DNA of 64,000 nt from Eledone cirrhosa (lineage: Eukaryota), in the NCBI GenBank assembly GCA_964016885.1, contig OZ024741.1, forward strand, positions 92,070,001 through 92,134,000, given 5' to 3'. Made by a program: the position numbers and the translations under genes. The notes below the pieces were generated by a model. It saw only the letters and a list, made by a program, of their open reading frames with translations. It had not been told where the DNA came from and ran no database searches. Shown here one piece after another: positions 25,521 to 41,002 of this stretch; position 1 is the stretch's first letter, and each line of letters begins with the position of its first letter.

Positions 25521-28500
25521 TGTTCTACACTCACTACACTCACTACACTCACTACACTCACTACACTCACTACACTCTCTACACTCTCTACACTCTCTAC
25601 ACTCTCTACACTCACTACACTCACTACACTCTCTACACTCACTACACTCACTACACTCACTACACTCACTACACTCACTACACTCACTACACTCTCTACA
25701 CTCTCTACACTCTCTACACTCTCTACACTCACTACACTCACTACACTCTCTACACTCACTACACTCACTACACTCACTACACTCACTACACTCACTACAC
25801 TCACTACACTCTCTACACTCTCTACACTCACTACACTCACTACACTCACTACACTCACTACACTCACTACACTCACTACACTCACTACACTCACTACACC
25901 CACTATACTCACTACACTCACTACACTCTCTACACTCACTACACTCACTACACTCACTACACTCACTACACTCACTACACTCTCTACACTCACTACACCC
26001 TATACACTCACTACACTCACTACACTCACTACACTCACTACACTCACTACACTCACTACACTCTCTACACTCACTACACTCACTACACTCACTACACTCA
26101 CTACACTCTCTACACTCACTACACCCACTACACTCACTACACTCACTACACTCACTACACTCACTACACTCACTACACTCACTACACTCACTACACTCAC
26201 TACACTCACTACACTCACTACACCTCTACACTCACTACACCCACTACACTCACTACACTCACTACACTCACTACACTCACTACACTCACTACACTCACTA
26301 CACTCACTACACTCTCTACACTCACTACACTCACTACACTCACTACACTCACTACACTCACTACACTCTCTACACTCACTACACCACTACACTCACTACA
26401 CTCTCTACACTCACTACACTCTCTACACTCACTACACTCAGTACACTCACTACACTCACTACACTCTCTACACTCACTACACCCACTACACTCACTACAC
26501 TCTCTACACTCACTACACTCTCTACACTCACTACACTCAGTACACTCACTACACTCACTACACTCACTACACTCACTACACCCACTACACTCACTACACT
26601 CACTACACTCTCTACACTCTCTACACTCTCTACACTCTCTACACTCCCTATACTCTCTACACTCTCTACACTCTCTACACTCTCTACACTCTCTACACTC
26701 TCTACACTCACTACACCCACTACACTCACTACACTCTCTACACTCACTACACTCTCTACACTCACTACACTCAGTACACTCACTACACTCACTACACTCT
26801 CTACACTCACTACACCCACTACACTCACTACACTCTCTACACTCACTACACTCTCTACACTCACTACACTCAGTACACTCACTACACTCACTACACTCAC
26901 TACACTCACTACACCCACTACACTCACTACACTCACTACACTCTCTACACTCTCTACACTCTCTACACTCTCTACACTCCCTATACTCTCTACACTCTCT
27001 ACACTCTCTACACTCTCTACACTCTCTACACTCTCTACACTCACTACACCCACTACACTCACTACACTCTCTACACTCACTACACTCTCTACACTCACTA
27101 CACTCAGTACACTCACTACACTCACTACACTCTCTACACTCACTACACCCACTACACTCACTACACTCTCTACACTCACTACACTCTCTACACTCACTAC
27201 ACTCAGTACACTCACTACACTCACTACACTCACTACACTCACTACACCCACTACACTCACTACACTCACTACACTCTCTACACTCTCTACACTCTCTACA
27301 CTCTCTACACTCCCTATACTCTCTACACTCTCTACACTCTCTACACTCTCTACACTCTCTACACTCACTACACTCACTACACTCACTACACTCACTACAC
27401 TCACTACACCCACTACACTCACTACACTCACTACACTCTCTACACTCACTACACTCTCTACACTCACTACACTCACTACACTCACTACACTCACTACACT
27501 CACTATACTCACTACACTCACTACACCCACTACACTCACTACACTCACTACACTCACTACACTCACTACACTCTCTACACTCACTACACTCACTACACAC
27601 TCTACACTCACTACACTCACTACACCCACTACACTCACTACACTCTCTACACTCACTACACTGACTACACCCACTACACTCTCTACACTCACTACACTCA
27701 CTACACCCACTACACTCTCTACACTCACTACACTCACTACACTCACTACACTCTCTACACTCACTACACTCACTACACCCACTACACTCACTACACTCAC
27801 TACACTCTCTACACTCACTACACCCACTACACTCACTACACTCACTACACTCACTACACTCACTACACTCACTACACTCTCTACACTCATTACACTCACT
27901 ACACCCACTACACTCACTACACTCACTACACTCTCTACACTCACTACACCCACTACACTCACTACACTCACTACACCCACTACACTCACTACACTCTCTA
28001 CACTCTCTACACTCCCTACACTCACTACAATCAGTACACTCACTACACTCACTACACTCACTACACTCACTACACTCCCTACACAATACTCACTGTTCTA
28101 CACTCACTACACTCTCTACACTCACTACACTCTCTACACTCACTACACTCTCTACACTCACTACACTCACTACACTCACTACACTCACTACACTCACTAC
28201 ACTCTCTACACTCTCTACACTCACTACACAATACTCACTGTTCTACACTCACTACACTCACTACACTCTCTACACTCACTACACTCACTACACTCTCTAC
28301 ACTCACTACACTCACTACACTCACTACACTCACTAGACTCTCTACACTCACTACACTCTCTACACTCACTACACTCTCTACACTCACTACACTCTCTACA
28401 CTCTCTACACTCACTACACTCACTACACTCACTACACTCTCTACACTCACTACACTCTCTACACTCCCTACACTCACTACACTCACTACACTCACTACAC

Positions 28501-31500
28501 TCACTACACTCACTACACTCACTACACTCACTACACTCTCTACACTCACTACACTCACTACACTCTCTACACTCACTACACTCACTACACTCACTACACT
28601 CACAACACTCACTACACTCTCTACACTCACTACACTCACTACACTCTCTACACTCATTACACTCTCTACACTCACTACACTCACTACACTCACTACACTC
28701 ACTACACTCTCTACACTCACTACACTCACTACACTCTCTACACTCACTACACTCACTACACTCACTACACTCACAACACTCACTACACTCTCTACACTCA
28801 CTACACTCACTACACTCTCTACACTCATTACACTCTCTACACTCACTACACTCACTACACTCTCTACACTCATTACACTCTCTACACTCACTACACTCAC
28901 TACACTCACTACACTCTCTACACTCATTACACTCTCTACACTCACTACACTCACTACACTCACTACACTCACTATACTCACTACACTCTCTACACTCTCT
29001 ACACTCTCTACACTCTCTACACTCACTACACTCACTACACTCACTACACTCTCTACACTCTCTACACTCTCTACACTCACTACACTCACTACACCCATTA
29101 CACTCACTACACTCACTACACTCTCTACACTCACTACACTCACTACACTCACTACACTCACTACACTCTCTACACTGACTACACTCACTACACTCACTAC
29201 ACTCTCTACACTCACTACACTCTCTACACTCTCTACACTCACTACACTCACTACACTCACTACACTCTCTACACTCACTACACTCACTACACTCTCTACA
29301 CTCACTACACTCACTACACTCACTACACTCACAACACTCACTACACTCTCTACACTCACTACACTCACTACACTCACTACACTCACTACACTCTCTACAC
29401 TCTCTACACTCACTACACTCTCTACACTCACTACACTCTCTACACTCACTACACTCTCTACACTCCCTACACTCACTACACTCACTACACTCACTACACT
29501 CACTACACTCACTACACTCACTACACTCTCTACACTCACTACACTCACTACACTCTCTACACTCACTACACTCACTACACTCACTACACTCACAACACTC
29601 ACTACACTCTCTACACTCACTACACTCACTACACTCTCTACACTCATTACACTCTCTACACTCACTACACTCACTACACTCACTACACTCACTATACTCT
29701 CTACACTCTCTACACTCTCTACACTCACTACACTCTCTACACTCACTACACTCACTACACTCTCTACACTCACTACACTCACTACACTCACTACACTCAC
29801 TACACTCACTACACTCACTACACTCTCTACACTCACTACACTCTCTACACTCACTACACTCTCTACACTCACTACACTCACTACACTCTCTATACTCTCT
29901 ACACTCTCTACACTCACTACACTCACTACACTCACTACACTCACTACACTCTCTACACTCTCTACACTCACTACACTCTCTACACTCACTACACTCTCTA
30001 CACTCACTACACTCTCTACACTCACTACACTCACTACACTCTCTACACTCACTACACTCTCTACACTCACTACACTCTCTACACTCACTACACTCACTAC
30101 ACTCTCTATACTCTCTACACTCTCTACACTCACTACACTCACTACACTCACTACACTCACTACACTCACTACACTCTCTACACTCTCTACACTCTCTACA
30201 CTCACTACACTCACTACACTCACTACACACTCTACACTCTCTACACTCTCTACACTCACTACACTCACTACACTCTCTACACTCTCTACACTCTCTACAC
30301 TCACTACACTCACTACACCCACTACACTCACTACACTCACTACACTCACTACACTCTCTACACTCACTACACTCACTACACTCACTACACTCTCTTCACT
30401 CTCTACACTCTCTACACTCACTACACTCACTACACTCACTACACTCTCTACACTCACTACACTCTCTACACTCACTACACTCACTACACTCACTACACTC
30501 ACTACACTCACTACACTCACTACACTCTCTACACTCACTACACTCACTACACTCACTACACTCACTACACTCTCTACACTCACTACACTCTCTACACTCA
30601 CTACACTCTCTACACTCACTACACTCTCTACACTCACTACACTCACTACACTCACTACACTCACTACACTCTCTACACTCACTACACTCACTACACTCAC
30701 TACACTCACTACACTCTCTACACTCTCTACACTCACTACACTCACTACACTCACTACACTCACTACACTCTCTACACTCACTACACTCACTACACTCACT
30801 ACACTCACTACACTCTCTACACTCACTACACTCACTACACTCACTACACTCACTACACTCACTACACTCACTACACTCACTACACTCTCTACACTCACTA
30901 CACTCACTACACTCACTACACTCACTACACTCTCTACACTCACTACACTCTCTACACTCACTACACTCTCTACACTCACTACACTCTCTACACTCACTAC
31001 ACTCACTACACTCACTACACTCACTACACTCTCTACACTCACTACACTCACTACACTCACTACACTCACTACACTCTCTACACTCTCTACACTCACTACA
31101 CTCACTACACTCTCTACACTCACTACACTCACTACACTCACTACACTCACTATACTCACTACACTCACTACACTCTCTACACTCACTACACTCACTACAC
31201 TCTCTACACTCACTACACTCACTACACTCACTACACTCACTACACTCTCTACACTCACTACACTCACTACACTCACTACACTCACTACACTCACTACACT
31301 CACTACACTCTCTACACTCTCTACACTCACTACACTCTCTACACTCACTACACTCACTACACTCACTACACTCTCTACACTCTCTACACTCACTACACTC
31401 ACTACATCACTACACTCTCTACACTCTCTACACTCTCTACACTCTCTACACTCACTACACTCACTACACTCTCTACACTCTCTACACTCTCTACACTCAC

Positions 31501-34500
31501 TACACTCACTACACTCACTACACTCACTACACTCTCTACACTCACTACACTCGCTACACTCACTACACTCACTACACTCTCTACACTCTCTACACTCTCT
31601 ACACTCACTACACTCACTACACTCACTACACTCACTACACTCACTACACTCACTACACTCTCTACACTCACTACACTCGCTACACTCACTACACTCACTA
31701 CACTCTCTACACTCTCTACACTCTCTACACTCACTACACTCACTACACTCACTACACTCTCTACACTCACTACACTCACTACACTCACTACACTCACTAC
31801 ACTCACTACACTCACTACACTCACTACACTCACTACACTCACTACACTCTCTACACTCACTACAGTCACTACACTCACTACACTCACTACACTCTCTACA
31901 CTCACTACACTCACTACACTCACTACACTCACTACACTCACTACACTCTCTACACTCACTACACTCTCTACACTCACTACACTCTCTACACTCACTACAC
32001 TCACTACACTCACTACACTCACTACACTCTCTACACTCACTACACTCACTACACTCACTACACTCACTACACTCACTACACTCTCTACACTCACTACACT
32101 CACTACACTCACTACACTCACTACACTCTCTACACTCTCTACACTCACTACACTCACTACACTCTCTACACTCACTACACTCACTACACTCACTACACTC
32201 ACTACACTCACTACACTCACTACACTCTCTACACTCACTACACTCTCTACACTCACTACACTCACTACACTCACTACACTCACTACACTCACTACACTCA
32301 CTACACTCACTACACTCACTACACTCACTACACTCACTACACTCTCTACACTCACTTCACTCACTACACTCACTACACCACTACACTCTCTACACTCACT
32401 ACACTCACTACACTCACTACACTCACTACACTCACTACACTCACTACACTCACTACACTCACTACACTCTCTACACCACTACACTCACTACACTCTCTAC
32501 CACTCTCTACACTCACTACACTCACTACACTCTCTACACTCACTACACTCACTACACTCACTACACTCACTATACTCACTACACTCACTACACTCTCTAC
32601 ACTCACTACACTCTCTACACTCACTACACTCACTACACTCACTACACTCACTACACTCACTACACTCACTACACTCACTACACTCACTACACTCACTACA
32701 CTCTCTACACTCTCTACACTCACTACACTCACTACACTCTCTACACTCTCTACACTCTCTACACTCACTACACTCACTACACTCACTACACTCACTACAC
32801 TCTCTACACTCACTACACTCACTACACTCTCTACACTCACTACACTCACTACACTCACTACACTCTCTACACTCACTACACTCACTACACTCTCTACACT
32901 CACTACACCACTACACTCACTACACTCACAACACTCTCTACACTCACTACACTCACTACACTCACTACACTCACTACACTCTCTACACTCACTACACTCA
33001 CTACACTCACTACACTCACTACACTCACTACACTCACTACACTCTCTACACTCACTACACTCACTACACTCTCTACACTCACTACACTCACTACACTCAC
33101 TACACTCACTACACTCACTACACTCACTACACTCACTACACTCACTACACTCACTACACTCACTACACTCTCTACACTCACTACACCCACTACACTCTCT
33201 ACACTCACTACACTCTCTACACTCACTACACTCACTACACTCACTACACTCACTACACTCTCTACACTCACTACACTCACTACACTCACTACACTCACTA
33301 CACTCCTACACTCACTACACTCACTACACTCTCTACACTCACTACACTCTCTACACTCACTACCCACTACACTCACTACACTCTCTACACTCACTACACT
33401 CACTACACTCACTACACTCACTACACTCCTACACTCACTACACTCTCTACACTCACTACACTCACTACACTCACTACACTCACTACACTCTCTACACTCA
33501 CTACACTCACTACACTCACTACACTCTCTACACTCACTACACTCTCTACACTCACTACACTCTCTACACTCACTACACTCTCTACACTCACTACACTCAC
33601 TACACTCACTACACTCACTACACTCTCTACACTCACTACACTCACTACACTCACTACACTCACTACACTCACTACACTCTCTACACTCACTACACTCACT
33701 ACACTCACTACACTCTCTACACTCTCTACACTCTCTACACTCACTACACTCACTACACTCACTACACTCTCTACACTCACTACACTCACTACACTCACTA
33801 CACTCACTACACTCCCTACACTCTCTACACTCTCTACACTCTCTACACTCACTACACTCACTACACTCTCTACACTCTCTACACTCTCTACACTCACTAC
33901 ACTCACTACACTCACTACACTCACTACACTCACTACACTCACTACACTCTCTACACTCTCTACACTCTCTACACTCACTACACTCACTACACTCACTACA
34001 CTCACTACACTCTCTACACTCACTACACTCACTACACTCACTACACTCTCTACACTCTCTACACTCTCGTCACTCTCTACACTCACTACACTCACTACAC
34101 TCACTACACTCTCTACACTCACTACACTCACTACACTCACTACACTCTCTACAGTCTCTACACTCTCGTCACTCTCTACACTCACTACACTCACTACACT
34201 CACTACACTCCCTACACTCTCTACACTCTCTACACTCTCTACACTCACTACACTCACTACACTCTCTACACTCTCTACACTCTCTACACTCTCTACACTC
34301 ACTACACTCACTACACTCACTACACTCTCTACACTCACTACACTCACTACACTCTCTACACTCTCTACACTCTCTACACTCACTACACTCACTACACTCA
34401 CTACACTCACTACACTCACTACACTCTCTACACTCTCTACACTCTCTACACTCACTACACTCACTACACTCTCTACACTCTCTACACTCTCTACACTCAC

Positions 34501-37500
34501 TACACTCACTACACTCACTACACTCACTACACTCTCTACACTCTCTACACTCTCTACACTCTCTACACTCTCTACACTCACTACACTCACTACACTCTCT
34601 ACACTCTCTACACTCTCTACACTCTCTACACTCACTACACTCACTACACTCACTACACTCACTACACTCTCTACACTCTCTACACTCTCTACACTCTCTA
34701 CACTCTCTACACTCTCTACACTCTCTACACTCTCTACACTCACTACACTCACTACACTCTCTACACTCTCTACACTCTCTACACTCACTACACTCACTAC
34801 ACTCACTACACTCACTACACTCACTACACTCTCTACACTCACTACACTCACTACACTCTCTACACTCTCTACACTCTCTACACTCTCTACACTCACTACA
34901 CTCACTACACTCACTACACTCTCTACACTCACTACACTCACTACACTCTCTACACTCTCTACACTCTCTACACTCACTACACTCTCTACACTCACTACAC
35001 TCACTACACTCTCTACACTCTCTACACTCTCTACACTCTCTACACTCACTACACTCACTACACTCACTACACTCTCTACACTCACTACACTCACTACACT
35101 CTCTACACTCTCTACACTCTCTACACTCACTACACTCACTACACTCACTACACTCACTACACTCACTACACTCTCTACACTCTCTACACTCTCTACACTC
35201 TCTACACTCTCACTACACTCACTACACTCTCTACACTCTCTACACTCTCTACACTCACTACACTCACTACACTCACTACACTCACTACACTCACTACACT
35301 CTCTACACTCTCTACACTCTCTACACTCTCTACACTCACTACACTCACTACACTCTCTACACTCACTACACTCACTACACTCTCTACACTCTCTACACTC
35401 TCTACACTCACTACACTCTCTACACTCTCTACGCTCACTACACTCACTACACTCACTACACTCACTACACTCACTACACTCACTACACTCACTACACTCT
35501 CTACACTCACTACACTCACTACACTCACTACACTCACTACACTCACGACACTCACTACACTCTCTACACTCTCTACACTCTCTACACTCACTACACTCAC
35601 TACACTCACTACACTCTCTACACTCTCTACACTCACTACACTCTCTACACTCTCTACACTCTCTACACTCACTACACTCACTACACTCACTACACTCACT
35701 ACACTCACTACACTCTCTACACTCACTACACTCGCTACACTCACTACACTCACTACACTCACTACACTCACTACACTCACTACACTCACTACACTCACTA
35801 CACTCTCTACACTCACTACACTCACTACACTCTCTACACTCACTACACTCACTACACCCACTACACTCACTACACTCACTACACTCACTACACTCACTAC
35901 ACTCACTACACTCACTACACTCTCTACACTCACTACACTCACTACACCCACTACACTCACTACACTCACTACACTCACTACACTCTCTACACTCACTACA
36001 CTCGCTACACTCTCTACACTCACTACACTCACTACACTCACTACACTCACTACACTCACTACACTCTCTACACTCTCTACACTCTCTACACTCACTACAC
36101 TCACTACACTCTCTACACTCTCTACACTCTCTACACTCACTACACTCACTACACTCACTACACTCTCTACACTCACTACACTCACTACACTCACTACACT
36201 CACTACACTCACTACACTCTCTACACTCACTACACTCACTACACTCACTACACTCTCTACACCCACTACACCCACTACACCCACTACACTCACTACACTC
36301 ACTACACTCTCTACACTCACTACACTCACTACACTCACTACACTCTCTACACTCACTACACTCTCTACACTCTCTACACTCTCTACACTCACTACACTCA
36401 CTACACTCTCTACACTCACTACACTCACTACACTCACTACACTCACTACACTCTCTACACTCACTACACTCACTACACTCACTACACTCTCTACACTCAC
36501 TACACTCTCTACACTCACTACACTCACTACACTCACTACACTCACTACACTCACTACACTCTCTACACTCACTACACTCTCTACACTCACTACACTCACT
36601 ACACTCACTACACCCACTACACTCACTACACTCACTACACTCACTACACTCACTACACTCACTACACTCTCTACACTCACTACACTCTCTACACCCACTA
36701 CACCCACTACACCCACTACACTCACTACACTCACTACACTCTCTACACTCACTACACTCACTACACTCACTACACTCTCTACACTCTCTACACTCTCTAC
36801 ACTCACTACACTCTCTACACCCACTACACCCACTACACCCACTACACTCACTACACTCTCTACACTCTCTACACTCTCTACACTCACTACACTCACTACA
36901 CTCACTACACTTTCTACACTCACTACACTCACTACACTCTCTACACTCACTACACTCACTACACTCTCTACACTCTCTACACTCACTACACTCACTACAC
37001 TCTCTACACTCACTACACTCTCTACACTCACTACACTCACTACACTCACTACACTCACTACACTCTCTACACTCACTACACTCACTACACTCTCTACACT
37101 CTCTACACTCTCTACACTCACTACACTCACTACACTCACTACACTCTCTACACTCACTACACTCACTACACTCACTACACTCACTACATTCACTACACTC
37201 TCTACACTCACTACACTCACTACACTCACTACACTCTCTACACTCACTACACTCACTACACTCTCTACACTCTCTACACTCTCTACACTCACTACACTCA
37301 CTACACTCACTACACTCTCTACACTCACTACACTCACTACACTCACTACACTCACTACACTCACTACACTCTCTACACTCACTACACTCACTACACTCAC
37401 TACACTCACTACACTCACTACACTCTCTACACTCACTACACTCACTACACTCACTACACTCTCTACACTCTCTACACTCACTACACTCACTACACTCTCT

Positions 37501-39045
37501 ACACTCACTACACTCTCTACACCCACTACACCCACTACACTCACTACACTCACTACACTCTCTACACTCTCTACACTCTCTACACTCTCTACACTCACTA
37601 CACTCACTACACTCCCTACACTCTCTACACTCACTACACTCACTACACTCACTACACTCTCTACACTCACTACACTCTTCACACTCACTACACTCACTAC
37701 ACTCTCTACACTCACTACACTCTCTACACTCACTACACTCACTACACTCTCTACACTCACTACACTCACTACACTCACTACACTCTCTACACTCTCTACA
37801 CTCACTACACTCTCTACACTCACTACACTCTCTACACTCACTACACTCACTACACTCACTACACTCACTACACTCTCTACACTCGCTACACTCTCTGCAC
37901 TCACTACACTCGCTACACTCACTACACTCGCTACACTCACTACACTCACTACACTCACTACACTCACTACACTCGCTACACTCTCTGCACTCACTACACT
38001 CTCTACACTCACTACACTCTCTACACTCACTACACTCTCTACACTCACTACACTCACTACACTCACTACACTCACTACACTCTCTACACTCTCTACACTC
38101 TCTACACTCACTACACTCTCTACACTCTCTACACTCTCTACACTCACTACACTCACTACACTCACTACACTCGCTACACTCTCTGCACTCACTACACTCG
38201 CTACACTCACTACACTCACTACACTCTCTACACTCACTACACTCACTACACTCTCTACACTCACTACACTCACTACACTCTCTACACTCTCTACACTCTC
38301 TACACTCACTACACTCTCTACACTCACTACACTCACTACACTCACTACACTCTCTACACTCACTACACTCTTCACACTCACTACACTCACTACACTCTCT
38401 TCACTCTCTACACTCTCTACACTCTCTACACTCACTACACTCTCTACACTCACTACACTCTCTACACTCACTACACTCTCTACACTCTCTACGCTCACTA
38501 CACTCACTACACTCACTACACTCACTACACTCACTACACTCACTACACTCACTACACTCTCTACACTCACTACACTCACTACACTCACTACACTCACTAC
38601 ACTCACTACACTCACTACACTCTCTACACTCTCTACACTCTCTACACTCACTACACTCTCTACACTCACTACACTCTTCACACTCACTACACTCACTACA
38701 CTCACTACACTCACTACACTCACTACACTCTCTACACTCACTACACTCTTCACACTCTCTACACTCACTACACTCACTACACTCACTACACTCTCTACAC
38801 TCTCTACACTCTCTACACTCACTACACTCTCTACACTCACTACACTCACTACACTCTCTACACTCACTACACTCTTCACACTCACTACACTCACTACACT
38901 CTTCACACTCACTACACTCACTACACTCACTACACTCACTACACTCACTACACTCACTACACTCACTACACTCACTACACTCACTACACTCTCTACACCA
39001 CACTCACTTCTACACTCTCTACGCCACACTCACTGTTCTACACTC
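25521..39045. repeat. 13.5-kb 9-bp tandem satellite (ACACTCACT / ACACTCTCT)n
   Basis: About 1500 units with two dominant variants and rarer local variants; the + strand is almost devoid of G. Confidence 0.97.
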
Positions 39046-39458
39046 GGTGATTTCAAATGAGTTCAATATCTAACGTTGTTGTTAGGAGGAATACCGCTGA
39101 AGACTCTAGCTCTATGTAGCCATAATAAAATGGCGAAGGTATGTCCCTACCTTTATATTATGTCTTGCCAGTAAACAGGATATCAACAAAATAAATGCTA
39201 TCAAAGTAATTTTAAATTGCTTAATCATTTTTTTTTCGTCCAAAATCTTTATCCTGGCTGTAATTCTAAGGTTTGGTAATTATTAATAAGACAATGCTTT
39301 CCTTGAAGAGTTTTAATAATGTCGAAACATGTCTGGCGTCGTCATCGTACTTATCAAAGAGTCGCCATTGCAAGTCACCATTCCTGTAGAATTCAACCTT
39401 GATTTTAGAGTTGTATCTCTTGTCTCTCTTGTCAAGAATTATTATTAATGCTAATGAG

Positions 39459-39563
39459 TCAACCCGCCGAGGTTGACTTTGCCTTTCATCCTTACGGGGT
39501 CGATAAAATAAAGTACCAGTAATGCACTGGGTAATTGCTGGCCTTGTGCCTAAAGTAGAAACA
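39459..39563 (+). mobile_element. 5'-truncated SINE family A with 18-bp TSD
   Basis: ATTATTAATGCTAATGAG at 39441-39458 and 39564-39581. Confidence 0.9.
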
Positions 39564-40360
39564 ATTATTAATGCTAATGAGGTTTCATTTCATTAAAGAT
39601 GTAATATTAGTTTATTAAATTTGGAGGTAGAGGCTCATAACCTTTAAACATTATCCCCCCACTTAACTATGTGTTCATCATACAGAAGAGACTGCTAAGA
39701 AGTTTACCCGTGTTTTAGTTTGAATCATTGAAACTGTGGATATGTTTTAATGTTGCAACATAATATTTCTCGCATGTCTTACTACTCCCCGTAGTCGATC
39801 GGCATGCAAGAAATAGATGCCAATTATCCCTCAAATTACATCACGCTACTTTAGAAAAACTAGTAGATCTGCTTTCGTCATAGCTGACCAAGGGCTAAAT
39901 AACAACAACAATCTTTTCCTCTTAAAAATGTGGTATAGGGCCACATATGTAATCAAGAAAAACTAATATTTGATGGTATGGAATTAGTGATTGATAACAG
40001 TAGCAGCAGCAGCAGTAGTAGCAACAGTAGCAGCAGCGAAACAATCAATTAGCAGCAAAAGCAAGCAAGTCTTCTCCACAAGCACCACCAACACCAACAA
40101 CAACAACAGCGGCAACAGCAACAAAAACAAGAGTCATTTTCATAATATGTTTAATATGCATTCAGTTCTATTTCTCTATCATGTTATTAATTGATGTTCA
40201 AAGAAACAAGCAGCCTCATAACAACAACAATAAAAATAACAAAAGCTACAGCAGCAACAATAAAAACAGCTGCAACAACAACGACTGCAGCAACAATGAC
40301 GATTGAACTTCTAAATTAATTGAATAGTCACTCAGTTTTCCTTTCATTTCCTCAATGTCT

Positions 40361-40402
<42 letters not shown>

Positions 40403-40518
40403 GTATTCACAAACACACAGACACGCATATATATATATATATATATATACATATAAACAGATAGATATATATAATTTGAAATGCGTGCGTCCTAACGCAA
40501 ATGCCCATAATAATGATT

Positions 40519-40695
40519 CTACTTTTGGCACAAAGCCAGCAATTACCCCAGTGGATGACTGGTGCTTTATTTTATTGACCCCGTAAGGATGAAAGGCAAA
40601 GTTAACCTCGGCGGGTTTGAACTCAAAACGTAAAAGGCCATAACTCTATGCTGCAAAGCATGGTGTCTGACGCTCTACCGATACTGCCAAACCAC
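40519..40695 (-). mobile_element. Full-length SINE family A with about 23-bp TSD
   Basis: CGCAAATG[C/A]CCATAATAATGATT at 40496-40518 and 40696-40718. Confidence 0.88.
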
Positions 40696-40964
40696 CGCAA
40701 ATGACCATAATAATGATTGATCACTATAGATGATAGTTAAGAAAATCGGGTAAATTGGTCCCGGAGACAGAGGAGACGGGAAAAAGTGGACAGAGGCACT
40801 TCTGTTCATTATTTTCCATCCTACGATTTTCGTAACTGTTAATTATTGTCATCGACTATTAATATGGTCATTTGCATTGGGTAAAAGACATTTCAAATTT
40901 CAAAATTTCCCAATGCTTCTTAAGTGTGTGTATGTGTGTGTGTAAACACACACACACATATATA

Positions 40965-41002
<38 letters not shown>

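Noticed and set aside
25499-39029. Very long ORFs (HSL, THY, LTT, SEC, VVS repeats) resembling mucin-like, His-rich or metallothionein-like proteins
   Set aside because: The 9-mer has no stop codon in five of six frames. 8-bp slips switch frames freely, and there is no unique coding flank or splice evidence.
25521-39045. Telomere or CRISPR-like array
   Set aside because: The unit is not TTAGGG, it has ordinary flanks on both sides, and there are no unique spacers.
39091-39145. CTGAAGA...GCCAT/ATGGC-GAAG hammerhead-like string
   Set aside because: There is no GAAA core and stem II is not adjacent to the core.
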